Positions 40,501 to 47,949 of a stretch of DNA of 64,000 bases are shown in pieces. A program made the translations under genes and the position numbers. Source of the stretch: Scleropages formosus. Its lineage: Eukaryota. The DNA lies in contig NC_041806.1 of assembly GCF_900964775.1 (NCBI RefSeq), positions 16,518,297-16,582,296 of the forward strand, given 5' to 3'. Position 1 is the stretch's first letter. Each line of letters starts with the position of its first letter. Below the pieces are notes generated by a model that was not told the DNA's origin, did no database searches, and saw only the letters and a list, made by a program, of their open reading frames with translations.

Positions 40501-43500
40501 GAATCGGGTATGCTTAGGACACCATGTATTTATAATATCTTGAGCTTTTCTCAGCCTCATCCAGAATTCGTAACAGGAAGTTCTGCCACTTGCACATGCT
40601 TTCCCACAGTGTAGTGCTTCACTGGCCCTCTTTTCTTTTTTTAGGGAAGAGAATATGGGCCAGTGAAGATGTCAGTGTGTCCATACACTGCCTAGTTTGG
40701 GCCATGACACAGAATGAGGCGGAGCTGCTTGTCTCAGGGGGTGGGGACAGCTACATGAGGATCTGGAGGCGGACAGAGGGTGGCATGGAGCCACAGGCCT
40801 CTTTTGGAAAGCAGAAGGCACCTGTCATTGCCATGGCTCAGTCCTCGACTTACCTGGCTTCCGCATCAGGTGTTTCAACTCATCACCTACATTTTGTTAT
40901 TGAATGAATGAAACTGATCCCAAGTCAGATGCTCTGTTAAGCTTTTTATTCACTTTATACAGTCTTTAGTGATCACTGTTTAAATGTTTAGGAGTTTATT
41001 ACCTTGTCATATTGCCATGCTATGCAAGATAGTTTTATTGGCCATTGCTACACTGCTATGTTCAAAGAAATATTTTTAATAACAGTAGTGTCTTCTTTTT
41101 CTCCCCCACACTCATCTCTTTGTCTCAGAGGACTTCACCATTGCTCTGTGGTCAATTCAGGACTTGACTGCCAACCCATTTACTGACCCCAGTCCAGTTT
41201 CTCTCCTCAGAGGTCACAGTAAAGGAGTCACATGCTTGTGTTTCAGTCCCAGTGGGGAGCAACTTCTTTCAGGGGGGAAAGACCAGGTATATGATGAATC
41301 CAGTGTGTCTTTACTGGCCAGTACCACCAAAGCATATTTTTCACATTGACAGTAATTAATGGTGATGATCATAGTATTTTTGATGATGGAGACTAATTCC
41401 AGGGATTGTGAATGATGATAATGGCAGTGGTGGTTTTTGTGGTTCTCATGATTATGAAGGTATTAATGATGTTTTTGTTAGAATTATATGGGTTATGACA
41501 GCGGTGTTGATTGCAGTTTAAAGTGGTTATGGTAGTGTTGATGCTGGTTTTTGGCCTGGTGATAGTGACTTCCAACCTTTTGTGTTTCAGGCTCTGCTTG
41601 TGTGGAATGTCATGTCTTCCCCACCATCACTTTCTCAGTCCCTCCTTCACTGTCATGGAGACTGGATAACTGGCTGTGCTTGGACCCCCCATTTTGTGGT
41701 GAGATTTTCTAATAGATCAGGACTTGCACTCTAAAACTACCCCAGTAAACTGAATTTTACTGAGCTCATACCCTTTTAGATATTCCTGAATTTGCCTGTC
41801 CTCCACCTCTTTTAAATATAGATCGATAATGCTACATGTTACACAGAGGTGTTCATGGTTTTAATGGGTAAAAAAAAAAAAACTATCTTCTTGTCTCACC
41901 CTTCTTAATACCAACCGCAACTCATGTCTCCTTAGGTGAGCTGCTCTGTTGATTGCACGGTACGTTTGTGGGATCTGAGTACAGGACACTGGGTTCAAGA
42001 ATTTTCAGGGAGTGATTCCCTAACTTCAGTTTGCTGTCTGGTGAGTTTCTCACAATAGGGGACAGGTGGTATGGTACTAAGGACAGCAGTGTGGTGAAGG
42101 CTGTAGTGAAAGAGTGGATTTGAACAAACAAAATATATTGTATGGACAGGTGTGAAATAGTACTGAAGGCAAACTATTATAAATAATTGTATTTGAAGTG
42201 TCCTGTAGTAAGAAACAGTCCAGGCAATAGTATTTATTTATTTACTGTATTTATTTTCCATCCCTCTCCTTTTCTAGCAAAAGTATGTCATTGCTGGGTC
42301 AGGACAAGGGGAGTTGTTGGTGTGGAACTCTGAATCGGGGGTGGAGATTACAAAGATCCCTGCTCACAAGTCCACAATCCACCAGTGCTGCGTGTTGGAT
42401 CACACTGGTATACCACAACACGCACCACACATTAAATTAAGTGGATAGTCATTCTATAGCTGTAGAACAGGCTCCCGATACCTGTGAGAATTACCTGTCT
42501 GCTGCTGGACTAAAGACTCACCTTTTTAAACCTTTAACCCATGAATTAAATTTTGGTACTATTTACCCATCTCACTTTTAGTGGGGAGCAGTGAAGCAAT
42601 GCCACTTCTGATTAGTAATGAACAGTGTAACCAATTTTGAAATCACTGCAACAGATCTGCTGCTATGAACTGTTATTCCACATTTTTGTCACATTAGTTG
42701 TCTGGGTATAATGGGTTAGCACATGAGTTGAATTGATACGATTTACCATACATCTTTGGTTTGTTAAATTGGACCCATAGGATTGGAAATCCTTGGAAAG
42801 ATTGTTACATGATTTTTGTTTCTCTTAAACTTTCAGATTCAGGTAAGAGTCAAGAAGTCAATGAAGAAAATTTAATGGTTGCCACAGCATCTGATGATGG
42901 AATAGTTAAATTCTGGCAGCCATTGAAGGCAGGTGCTTCTATGTCTAAAACATCCATGTGGTCTTTTTAAATGTAGTTCTTGTCTGATTAACACTAAAAA
43001 CCTCTTACTTTCTCAGTATGGCTGAACTGTGTAGAGCTAAGTATATCATAAACACACTGGTACCTCCAGTTTAAAAAATTTGGGTTAGGAAATAGAGAGA
43101 GACACTTATTTTTAATAGCTTTTTCTTTTCTGTTTTATTCTCTAAAATTTTCTTCTGTGAAGTGGAAGTGACCTCTCTTTTTGCTTTCTGCCAATAGTTG
43201 GCAGCAAAACATACTCAGAAACATAAAGGTGCTGTTTGTTGTAGGGCAACTTCACAGAACTGTGCAGGACTGATTTCATTCAGCATTTTTAAAAAATTCA
43301 TTATAGCTATAGGTGAGACTTCCACGGAATCTACCTAGTGAATAAGTTAAGTAAAGCTGTACGTATCTGTTAGTAAAGCCCTTTTGATTACAAACTGAAA
43401 GTGCTCAGAAGCTGACAGACATTACATGCTTACAACCTCAGTTGTAAATGAAATACGTTGCCAGTATTTAAGGTCAAACACAATTTAAAATGTTCTCCCT

Positions 43501-46500
43501 ACAATATCCTCCATTACACTTCTGCGCCTCCAGATGTGCTGTACAGTAATGTACTGCATGTTACTGTCCTGCATGTATAAAGTGAAACCCCAAACATTCA
43601 GTAGAAGGAAATGGAGATGAGTAAGTGGAGGTTCTGGAAATAAAATAAATCATAGTCTTAAATTTAATGTTACTTCTAAAAGTAGTAAAAAAATTCTCTG
43701 ATGGAGTGTTGTTCCTTCCTCCGTATTCTGTTTTTCACACCTGATGTTTCCAGTATAGAGAAGCCATAAAACCGAGTTATGAAACTACAGTAAGTAAATA
43801 AAGGTCTTGCAGTAAATTTTTATCTGTTGAATTTATCTCTTCGCAGGTGCACCATCACAGCACTATTTCCGAGCACAGTGGAGGGATACAGGCTGCAGCG
43901 ATGGGGCAGGATGTAGTCTCAGCTTTTCTCACTGTGTCTGAAGATTTTTCATTAAGGTCCTGGTGCATTGATACAGCAATGGGTAATTGTAAATTAAGTA
44001 ATTCACACTCAGTTTTGCTGCTTTACCTTCACTGTTGCAGTTATTTAAAGGGATATGATGTAATTGCAGCGTTTTTCACTCTGCTTCTCAAATTTAACTG
44101 TAAAAAGCTGTATAGTTTACAGCTGTTAAGGAATTTTTCTTCTACTTGCAGAGGAATGTCCCATCAAAAAGGGCAGTGTCACAGCCCTCTGTTTCTCTCC
44201 CTTGGGTCAGCTGGTGCTCTTGGGCTACACCTCTGGTAGGGTGGAGATGTGGTGGTTCCAGAGCTCTGTGTTATGCTGGAAACAGGTAACGATCTCTCTG
44301 TGATTCTCTTTCACTGGATAAGCTACTGGGTTCTTGTTCTGACACTTTTTTGTTTACTGCCAATAATTTTCTCATGCGCCAATTTTTCGATTAATCATCT
44401 ATTGATAGTTTCATGCTTTCTGAACTGTGTGGTTACAGTGTTAGACGCCCTTCTTTTCAGGTGACTGAGCACATGATCACAGCAGTGACCTTTTTACAAG
44501 AGGAGCAGTTTGCCGTGAGCTCCGGTGACTGTTCTGTTTCTCTGTGGCAGCTGGCCTGGAATTCTCAACGCACATCTGCACAGTCAGTTTGTGACCTATG
44601 AAGTTTTACTTTTTTGTCCTACTAACTGAAGCACTGTGAACTCCCAGGGTTTTAATGTTTTTTTTTTAATTTCCTGTAACCAAGGTTACCATGGTGCTGT
44701 TTATTTCCAGCTTCCTTCATGTGTCCTCTTACAAAGTTCCCTCGCCAGTGTTGTTCCTTCTGTACTGCTCTGTTCTGTTCGGCATCTGCGATGATGAATG
44801 CATTTACAGCATCACAGAGTCAGAGGAGACAAGGGAGCATCATGAATTGAGGTAGGCATTTGTTCATAGCACCATCCATGTATTTGTGGAAATAAAAATT
44901 CAGGTCTTCTCTAGACTGGGTATTTGTCCTTCAGCACGTATTGTTTCCATTGCAGTTTTTCATATAACACTGTGCCCTTGGGTACAAAACTTAATGACAA
45001 GAAGAGTGCCTGGATTCTGGGAGAGTCCAAGGGTGACATTGTCCTGGGCTTCATAGTAAGTCCTCTGTCATCTTTATTTTGTAATGACAGGATACTTACT
45101 GTATCTAAATATGAAGTTTTTTTTACTGCTGCACACTGAGTGGCTCTTTACCTAATAATGTTCTTTCTAGTTTGCCATGGGTCCTGACATGGACAGATCA
45201 TGTAGTACCTTTAAGATGGATGTTTCAGAGAAAGCTGCACCTGAACTGGCCTGCAAAACCTGCTTTACTGCGGCCACTTTGGACAAGGGTACGGCAAGTG
45301 TCTTTTATGTTGGGTATATTAGCAGTCTTTGTCTACTGACTATGTAAAGAGCAGCTGTTGTTGACCCTCAGAACCTTCAGTTAATAAGTTTGTCATTTAC
45401 AAGAGTCTGTTTTTTATATATATAAAAAACGTGTGGTATGAAGTTGGTAAAGAGGAGAATTCAAGTTAAGACTCTCTGAAGATACAACTATTTTTCCAGT
45501 TGTCTTGCTCATAGCTAAATGTCTGGAGAAAGAAGAAACTAAGAGAGGTATAGCAGGTTAGCTACAGTGCTGTTGAAATTGTGACATCCTTTAGCATTCA
45601 GTAGATCCAACAAGTTACGACAATAGCAAAATACTGCTACAAAGGTTGAAAAAACCAAATTCTTGTTCTGATTTTCTAAAATTTATGTTTGCAGAGGGAG
45701 AAATATGACCTGTTTTTATCTTCACCTATGTTTTCCTTTATTTGCTGCCAGCAGATTAAATGACCAGAAGTAAGGGAACTTTAATTTAAGTCACTTTTAC
45801 AGAATTCTCTGGTATGTGTGCGTGTCAGAGATTTTGACAGAGCCAGTGAGAACAGGTGGACTCTCAGAATGAAGGTCAGAGTGGAGCTCAAAGAAAGCTG
45901 AAAATACCAAAAATTAGTTAATTCGTCAGCAATAAGCACTGAATAGGAGTTTGTGGAAACATATTTTTATTTCTTTAAAATTTGTTTTAAATGTGATGTA
46001 GCTCCCAGTTATTAAATGAATAAACGAGTAAGCTTTAAGTGGCTTCACATAAAGATGTAAAATTGAAAATTGGACCACTTCTGTCCTGGCCATGTTGACT
46101 TGTCCTCCTTCTTGCCTCTTAAAGAGTTCATGGTGTGTGGAGATTCCAGGGGGAACCTTTGGTTCAATATGCCACCAGAACTAAGCTCCTGGAAGAAGAA
46201 GATGGGGGTAAGGAGATGTAACATGTTTGGTACAGTGCTGTTCAAAATGTCAGCATTCTTGGGCAGTGTAATGACTCCTGTAACTGTGATGAGGATGATA
46301 GTGCTGGGTTTACAGGTGCACCATGACAGAATCACCGTGTTGAGACTTACAGACAACAAGATCATCTCTGCGTCACACGACCGGACCGTTAAACTGTGGG
46401 ACCTTCAAACAAAGAAACAGGTGTGTTAGATTATGGACTAAACTATACTAGTAAAAAGATGTACTTGACTGTAGATTTCCAGACTAATCAACAGGTGTTC

Positions 46501-46853
46501 TACTTGCTTGGGGGAAGAAAAAAATTATATGCATAAGAACATAAGTTATAATTAAACAGCTCAGAAAGCCGGACAGTCATTTTTATTACATTGTTCTTTG
46601 GTTTTATATGGATAATATTTGCCTTTAAAACATTTTTGTCTCTCTGGATGTCCTTTTCATGGAGAGAGTGACTAACTATGTGTGGTAAGTGTAACATCCT
46701 TGTATTAATATGGTATTTCCCCCCCCCCCATAGGTGGGACTGTTCATATGCAAAGGTCCTGTTGTGAGTCTTGAGGTGAACCCCTGTCACCCCAACGAAC
46801 TGGTGTGTGCAGACAGACAGGGACAAGTGTACTACCTGTCCTGGAGGGAGTGA
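17427..46853 (+). CDS. tep1: TEP1 ortholog, complete coding region spanning about 54 coding exons (listed individually below); predicted ~2520 aa
   Basis: Spliced translation aligns along its length to human TEP1, with TROVE ([25 protein letters not shown]), DUF4062 ([16 protein letters not shown]), NACHT P-loop (GAPGDGKT) and many WD repeats, ending ...QVYYLSWRE*. Exon phases are continuous and total CDS length is divisible by 3. The recall of the human sequence is from memory. Confidence 0.9.
18131..18280 (+). CDS. tep1: TEP1 exon 3 (acidic linker)
   Basis: Acceptor aaaag|gac, donor aag|gtgaga; encodes [24 protein letters not shown]...EELKDKK; phase 0. Confidence 0.8.
18482..18631 (+). CDS. 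tep1: TEP1 exon 4 (start of TROVE domain)
   Basis: Encodes [50 protein letters not shown]; donor aag|gtgagt; matches human ...ALLEPEFILK. Confidence 0.85.
18765..18929 (+). CDS. tep1: TEP1 exon 5 (TROVE)
   Basis: Encodes [55 protein letters not shown]; donor acg|gtgggt. Confidence 0.8.
19177..19314 (+). CDS. tep1: TEP1 exon 6 (TROVE)
   Basis: Acceptor cttcag|tgt; encodes [46 protein letters not shown]; donor aag|gtacca. An alternative acceptor 12 bp downstream is possible. Confidence 0.7.
19663..19734 (+). CDS. tep1: TEP1 exon 7
   Basis: [24 protein letters not shown]; ctttcag|agc ... tac|gtgagt. Confidence 0.75.
19790..19870 (+). repeat. Same tail-motif repeat in TEP1 intron 7
   Basis: gttacatttacatttattcacttagcagacgcttttgtccaaagcgacttaca. 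Confidence 0.55.
20078..20199 (+). CDS. tep1: TEP1 exon 8
   Basis: [40 protein letters not shown](R); donor ag|gtaaca; matches human LKKLVQRLHIHKPAQHVQALLG. Confidence 0.85.
20312..20469 (+). CDS. tep1: TEP1 exon 9
   Basis: (R)[52 protein letters not shown]; donor g|gtcatt is non-canonical at +3/+4, so the boundary carries some risk. Confidence 0.7.
20601..20710 (+). CDS. tep1: TEP1 exon 10
   Basis: [37 protein letters not shown]; matches human [14 protein letters not shown]; donor aag|gtaagc. Confidence 0.85.
21474..21552 (+). CDS. tep1: TEP1 exon 11
   Basis: [26 protein letters not shown], matching human [13 protein letters not shown]; donor g|gtgagc. Confidence 0.85.
21679..21856 (+). 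CDS. tep1: TEP1 exon 12
   Basis: [59 protein letters not shown](R); donor ag|gtatgg. Confidence 0.8.
22039..22264 (+). CDS. tep1: TEP1 exon 13
   Basis: [41 protein letters not shown]...DSLTPS; matches human NRYRQALETAV; donor agt|gtaagt. Confidence 0.8.
22697..22849 (+). CDS. tep1: TEP1 exon 14
   Basis: [51 protein letters not shown]; donor gag|gtgagc. Confidence 0.8.
22996..23070 (+). CDS. tep1: TEP1 exon 15
   Basis: [25 protein letters not shown]; cccag|gaa ... aag|gtactc. Confidence 0.75.
23330..23530 (+). repeat. Fragment of a widespread teleost V-SINE-like repeat (gtggagtttgcatgttctc...gggtttcc... motif)
   Basis: ctgtgtggagtttgcatgttctcgtgttcacgtgggtttcccccatgtgctctggtttc. Confidence 0.65.
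23535..23608 (+). repeat. Compound microsatellite (GT)n(GC/GT)(GA)n in TEP1 intron 15
   Basis: tgtgtgtg... gcgtgcgcgtgtgtgagagagagagagagagaga. Confidence 0.9.
23897..24018 (+). CDS. tep1: TEP1 exon 16
   Basis: [40 protein letters not shown](E); donor ga|gtaagt. Confidence 0.75.
24095..24430 (+). repeat. V-SINE-like repeat body/tail (ccctgtgcctctgggatagactctggacc...)
   Basis: Motifs cacagtccaaacttgtgtttcaggtaaactagtgag and gtgccctgtgcctctgggatagactctggac. Confidence 0.65.
25124..27539 (-). mobile_element. Degenerate L1/Tx1-like LINE RT fragment inside TEP1 intron 16
   Basis: Three frame-shifted minus ORFs with L1-type RT motifs ([31 protein letters not shown]). Confidence 0.75.
28100..28171 (+). 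CDS. tep1: TEP1 exon 17
   Basis: (E)[23 protein letters not shown](K); matches human TDAILKF; donor aa|gtaagg. Confidence 0.8.
28510..28656 (+). CDS. tep1: TEP1 exon 18
   Basis: (K)[48 protein letters not shown](R); matches human FIAEHGASHLLEHVGQMDKIFKIPPPPGKTG. Confidence 0.9.
28948..29239 (+). CDS. tep1: TEP1 exon 19 (DUF4062)
   Basis: [55 protein letters not shown]...[24 protein letters not shown]; near-identical to the human motif; donor tgg|gtaaga. Confidence 0.95.
29316..29437 (+). CDS. tep1: TEP1 exon 20
   Basis: [40 protein letters not shown](S); matches human SVTEMEVMQF...IYFRDSSFLS; donor ag|gtatct. Confidence 0.85.
29538..29651 (+). CDS. tep1: TEP1 exon 21
   Basis: [38 protein letters not shown](N), matching human [38 protein letters not shown]; donor aa|gtgaga. 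Confidence 0.85.
30075..30192 (+). CDS. tep1: TEP1 exon 22
   Basis: (N)[39 protein letters not shown], matching human [30 protein letters not shown]; donor gaa|gtgaga. Confidence 0.9.
30859..31128 (+). mobile_element. SINE family A copy plus (GT)15 tail plus an inverted 43-bp copy of its own 5' head (TEP1 intron 22)
   Basis: The head ggggggtgcggtggcgcggtgagttggacc at 30859 pairs with its reverse complement ggacccagtccaacccactgcgccaccgcaccccc at 31086-31128. Confidence 0.85.
31675..31869 (+). CDS. tep1: TEP1 exon 23 (NACHT P-loop)
   Basis: ...[38 protein letters not shown]; Walker A motif GAPGDGKT; donor atg|gtaact. Confidence 0.9.
32249..32433 (+). CDS. tep1: TEP1 exon 24 (NACHT)
   Basis: [61 protein letters not shown](K); donor aa|gtatgt. 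Confidence 0.85.
32678..32819 (+). CDS. tep1: TEP1 exon 25 (NACHT Walker B region)
   Basis: [47 protein letters not shown], matching human [23 protein letters not shown]; donor ccg|gtaaat. Confidence 0.9.
33443..33622 (+). CDS. tep1: TEP1 exon 26
   Basis: [60 protein letters not shown], matching human VHLVLSVSSD...ELALYGKRLEESPFNNQ. Confidence 0.9.
33765..33857 (+). CDS. tep1: TEP1 exon 27
   Basis: [31 protein letters not shown], matching human MRLLLVKRESGRPLYLRLVTDHLRLF. Confidence 0.85.
33971..34103 (+). CDS. tep1: TEP1 exon 28
   Basis: [44 protein letters not shown](G); donor g|gtggga. Confidence 0.85.
34344..34503 (+). CDS. tep1: TEP1 exon 29
   Basis: [53 protein letters not shown](R); donor ag|gttaga. 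Confidence 0.75.
34616..34749 (+). CDS. tep1: TEP1 exon 30
   Basis: (R)[45 protein letters not shown](G), matching human RSLLGEGPLERPGARLCLPDGPL; acceptor ttgcag|c; donor g|gtggga. Confidence 0.75.
34843..34931 (+). CDS. tep1: TEP1 exon 31
   Basis: (A)[29 protein letters not shown], matching human LWKTCDADASGTFRSCPPEALGDLPYHLL; donor ctg|gttagt. Confidence 0.8.
35042..35156 (+). CDS. tep1: TEP1 exon 32
   Basis: [38 protein letters not shown](G); donor g|gtgagt. Confidence 0.8.
35323..35367 (+). CDS. tep1: TEP1 exon 33 (45-nt micro-exon)
   Basis: [15 protein letters not shown], matching human KEEQKLPEADVAVF; tgcag|gtaaaagg ... tcag|gtgagg. Confidence 0.65.
35731..35959 (+). CDS. tep1: TEP1 exon 34
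   Basis: [51 protein letters not shown]...[13 protein letters not shown], matching human LRQQASILSQYPRLLPQQAANQP...RWLNKPRT; donor ag|gtacat. Confidence 0.85.
36924..37044 (+). CDS. tep1: TEP1 exon 35 (WD repeat)
   Basis: [41 protein letters not shown]; donor cag|gtatgt. Confidence 0.85.
37184..37308 (+). CDS. tep1: TEP1 exon 36 (WD repeat)
   Basis: [41 protein letters not shown](R), matching human SGCDGISACLFLSDD...LELWDLQHGCR. Confidence 0.9.
37436..37535 (+). CDS. tep1: TEP1 exon 37 (WD repeat)
   Basis: [33 protein letters not shown]; donor aag|gtttgg. Confidence 0.85.
37741..38250 (+). mobile_element. Second copy of the same L2-like 3' end (in TEP1 intron 37)
   Basis: About 85% identical to 4490-4990, including [27 protein letters not shown] and the gtctgctaaattcataaacgtaaatgtaaatg tail. 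Confidence 0.8.
39040..39252 (-). mobile_element. SINE family A, divergent subfamily, preceded by (T)22 at 38951-38972 (TEP1 intron 37)
   Basis: ...ctgtctgaaattgcttgtcctgagcggggtcgcggtgaaccggagcctaaccc... Confidence 0.8.
39553..39708 (+). CDS. tep1: TEP1 exon 38 (WD repeat)
   Basis: [52 protein letters not shown], matching human [22 protein letters not shown]; donor gtg|gtaagt. Confidence 0.9.
39870..40082 (+). CDS. tep1: TEP1 exon 39 (WD repeats)
   Basis: [15 protein letters not shown]...[45 protein letters not shown]; donor atg|gtaaga. Confidence 0.85.
40240..40296 (+). CDS. tep1: TEP1 exon 40
   Basis: [19 protein letters not shown], matching human VQVWSGSLGRPRGHLG; donor aag|gtagat. The 87-nt intron that follows is in frame and stop-free, so a single unspliced exon 40240-40507 is an alternative. 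Confidence 0.6.
40384..40507 (+). CDS. tep1: TEP1 exon 41
   Basis: [41 protein letters not shown](G), matching human SPALSVALSPDGDRVAVGYRADGIRIYKISSG. Confidence 0.75.
40645..40869 (+). CDS. tep1: TEP1 exon 42 (WD repeats)
   Basis: [47 protein letters not shown]...[13 protein letters not shown]; donor g|gtgttt. Confidence 0.8.
41129..41286 (+). CDS. tep1: TEP1 exon 43 (WD repeat)
   Basis: [53 protein letters not shown], matching human SEDFTVQLW...LRGHEGPVSCCSFSTDGGSLATGGRDR. Confidence 0.9.
41591..41698 (+). CDS. tep1: TEP1 exon 44 (WD repeat)
   Basis: [36 protein letters not shown], matching human CHRDWVTGCAWTKDNLL; donor gtg|gtgaga. Confidence 0.9.
41936..42040 (+). CDS. tep1: TEP1 exon 45 (WD repeat)
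   Basis: [35 protein letters not shown]; donor ctg|gtgagt. Confidence 0.85.
42278..42407 (+). CDS. tep1: TEP1 exon 46 (WD repeat)
   Basis: [43 protein letters not shown](G), matching human LKVWDHQGVELTSIPAHSGPISHCAAAM. Confidence 0.85.
42837..42928 (+). CDS. tep1: TEP1 exon 47 (3' boundary uncertain; phase requires a GC donor aag|gcaggt)
   Basis: [31 protein letters not shown]. The next exon must be entered in phase 0, and the only in-phase junction is a GC-AG type donor at 42929. The GT at 42933 would break the frame. Confidence 0.6.
43847..43982 (+). CDS. tep1: TEP1 exon 48 (WD repeat)
   Basis: [45 protein letters not shown](G), matching human THTLLGHSGPVRAAAVSETSGLMLTASEDGSVRLW. Confidence 0.85.
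44152..44285 (+). CDS. tep1: TEP1 exon 49 (WD repeat)
   Basis: [45 protein letters not shown]; donor cag|gtaacg. Confidence 0.85.
44461..44582 (+). CDS. tep1: TEP1 exon 50
   Basis: [40 protein letters not shown](H); donor ca|gtcagt. The boundary is chosen by phase. Read-through ends in SVCDL stop. Confidence 0.65.
44956..45055 (+). CDS. tep1: TEP1 exon 51
   Basis: (H)[33 protein letters not shown], matching human LTSLDWAPDGHFLILAK; donor ata|gtaagt. Confidence 0.8.
45171..45288 (+). CDS. tep1: TEP1 exon 52
   Basis: [39 protein letters not shown](G); donor g|gtacgg. Confidence 0.75.
46125..46207 (+). CDS. tep1: TEP1 exon 53
   Basis: [28 protein letters not shown], matching human SFLCASSDGILWNLAK; donor ggg|gtaagg. 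Confidence 0.8.
46316..46420 (+). CDS. tep1: TEP1 exon 54 (WD repeat)
   Basis: [35 protein letters not shown], matching human VTALHVLPELLVTASKDRDVKLWERPSMQ. Confidence 0.9.
46734..46853 (+). CDS. tep1: TEP1 terminal coding exon (stop TGA 46851-46853)
   Basis: [39 protein letters not shown], matching the human C-terminus LFRCEGSVSCLEPWLG...VGDVQGNVYFLNWE*. Confidence 0.9.
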   Translation: MGLFICKGPVVSLEVNPCHPNELVCADRQGQVYYLSWRE

Positions 46854-47039
46854 CTTCTATTTATGGCACATCTGAACACCCATATACACGCTTGCACCTC
46901 AACATATAAACACAGTTGAGACCAGAAGTTTGTAACTTGAATTGGACAATCCACTACATCATGGTTAATAAAAGCTCAATAATACAACTTTAATCCCTTG
47001 ATTCTTAAAAATAATTAACAATAATTATTAAATTAATGA

Positions 47040-47052
47040 TTATTAAAATAAA
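47040..47052 (+). other. tep1: Candidate TEP1 polyadenylation signal region (attaaaataaaaatg), about 190 bp after the stop
   Basis: AATAAA-like hexamers in the AT-rich 3' flank; not verified. Confidence 0.3.
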
Positions 47053-47853
47053 AATGTGCTGTTAAAACTTATTTCATTTTCCCAGAACAGCTCACATATT
47101 GCAGTGTTTGTGTTCCTCTGTACAGCAAACAATGAGCCTAAAGCAAGACACAGCAAGACAAAGCAAAATGTACTTTAAAATGGCTGAAAGGTGGATAAAC
47201 ATATAATGTCCACAACCTCCTATTCCATGTGTTGTTGTGCTTTATACATTCATAGAAGATAGTGATGTGTATCATCATCCCCTTAACCTTGAAATTTCTG
47301 GGGGCACCACTAATGACCTGCTGCATCAGTTGTATATTTTAAATAGTCAAACTAAGCCAAAAATTCATATATTTAATTTGCATGGCTGTTAAAGTCAGTA
47401 GCTTTAATTTACATGTTGAATGTTTACTTTTGTAGTCAGATGTTGTGCATTCTTTAAATGCACACGATGCCTGTACTCTGTACACATGACAATGAACTTG
47501 ACGTGATCTAGCTAAGGTGTTACGGCTGGGTTAGCATTCTTTGAATCAGTTGCAGTGTGCAACAGGCAAGGCCCACATGTTTTAAAACAAGCCTGAATTC
47601 TTGCACACTAAGATAATAAAGTTAAGAACCAACATTCTTGAAGAATAATTTTCCTGTGCAAGTACCCAACCAAGAAAAAATATTATGTACCAAAACTGTA
47701 CTGTACCATAACCTGTTTCAACTCCTCCCTGTCCTGGGTTTTCCTGCTACTAGCTAAGACATTTTAGAGTTTTTTGTGTGACCCATTACTTATTTTATAA
47801 ACTTCCTTCAGCTGTCTCATTCCTTAGTTCCCCAGGTTTTACTTGTTTCTTGT

Positions 47854-47949
47854 ACACACACACACACACACACATTTTCAGAACCGCTTGTCCCTTACGG
47901 GGTCACGGGGAACCGGAGCCTACCCGGCAACACAGGGCGTAAGGCCGGA
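47854..47949 (-). mobile_element. Truncated SINE family A fragment
   Basis: (ca)n plus ttttcagaaccgcttgtcccttacggggtcacgggg... Confidence 0.75.

Noticed and set aside
45290-46120. Search for an extra TEP1 exon encoding the human VLSFLRQKESGEFEERLNF segment
   Set aside because: No stop-free window with matching splice phases and homology was found. I conclude the segment is absent in this species, or too diverged to recognise by eye.
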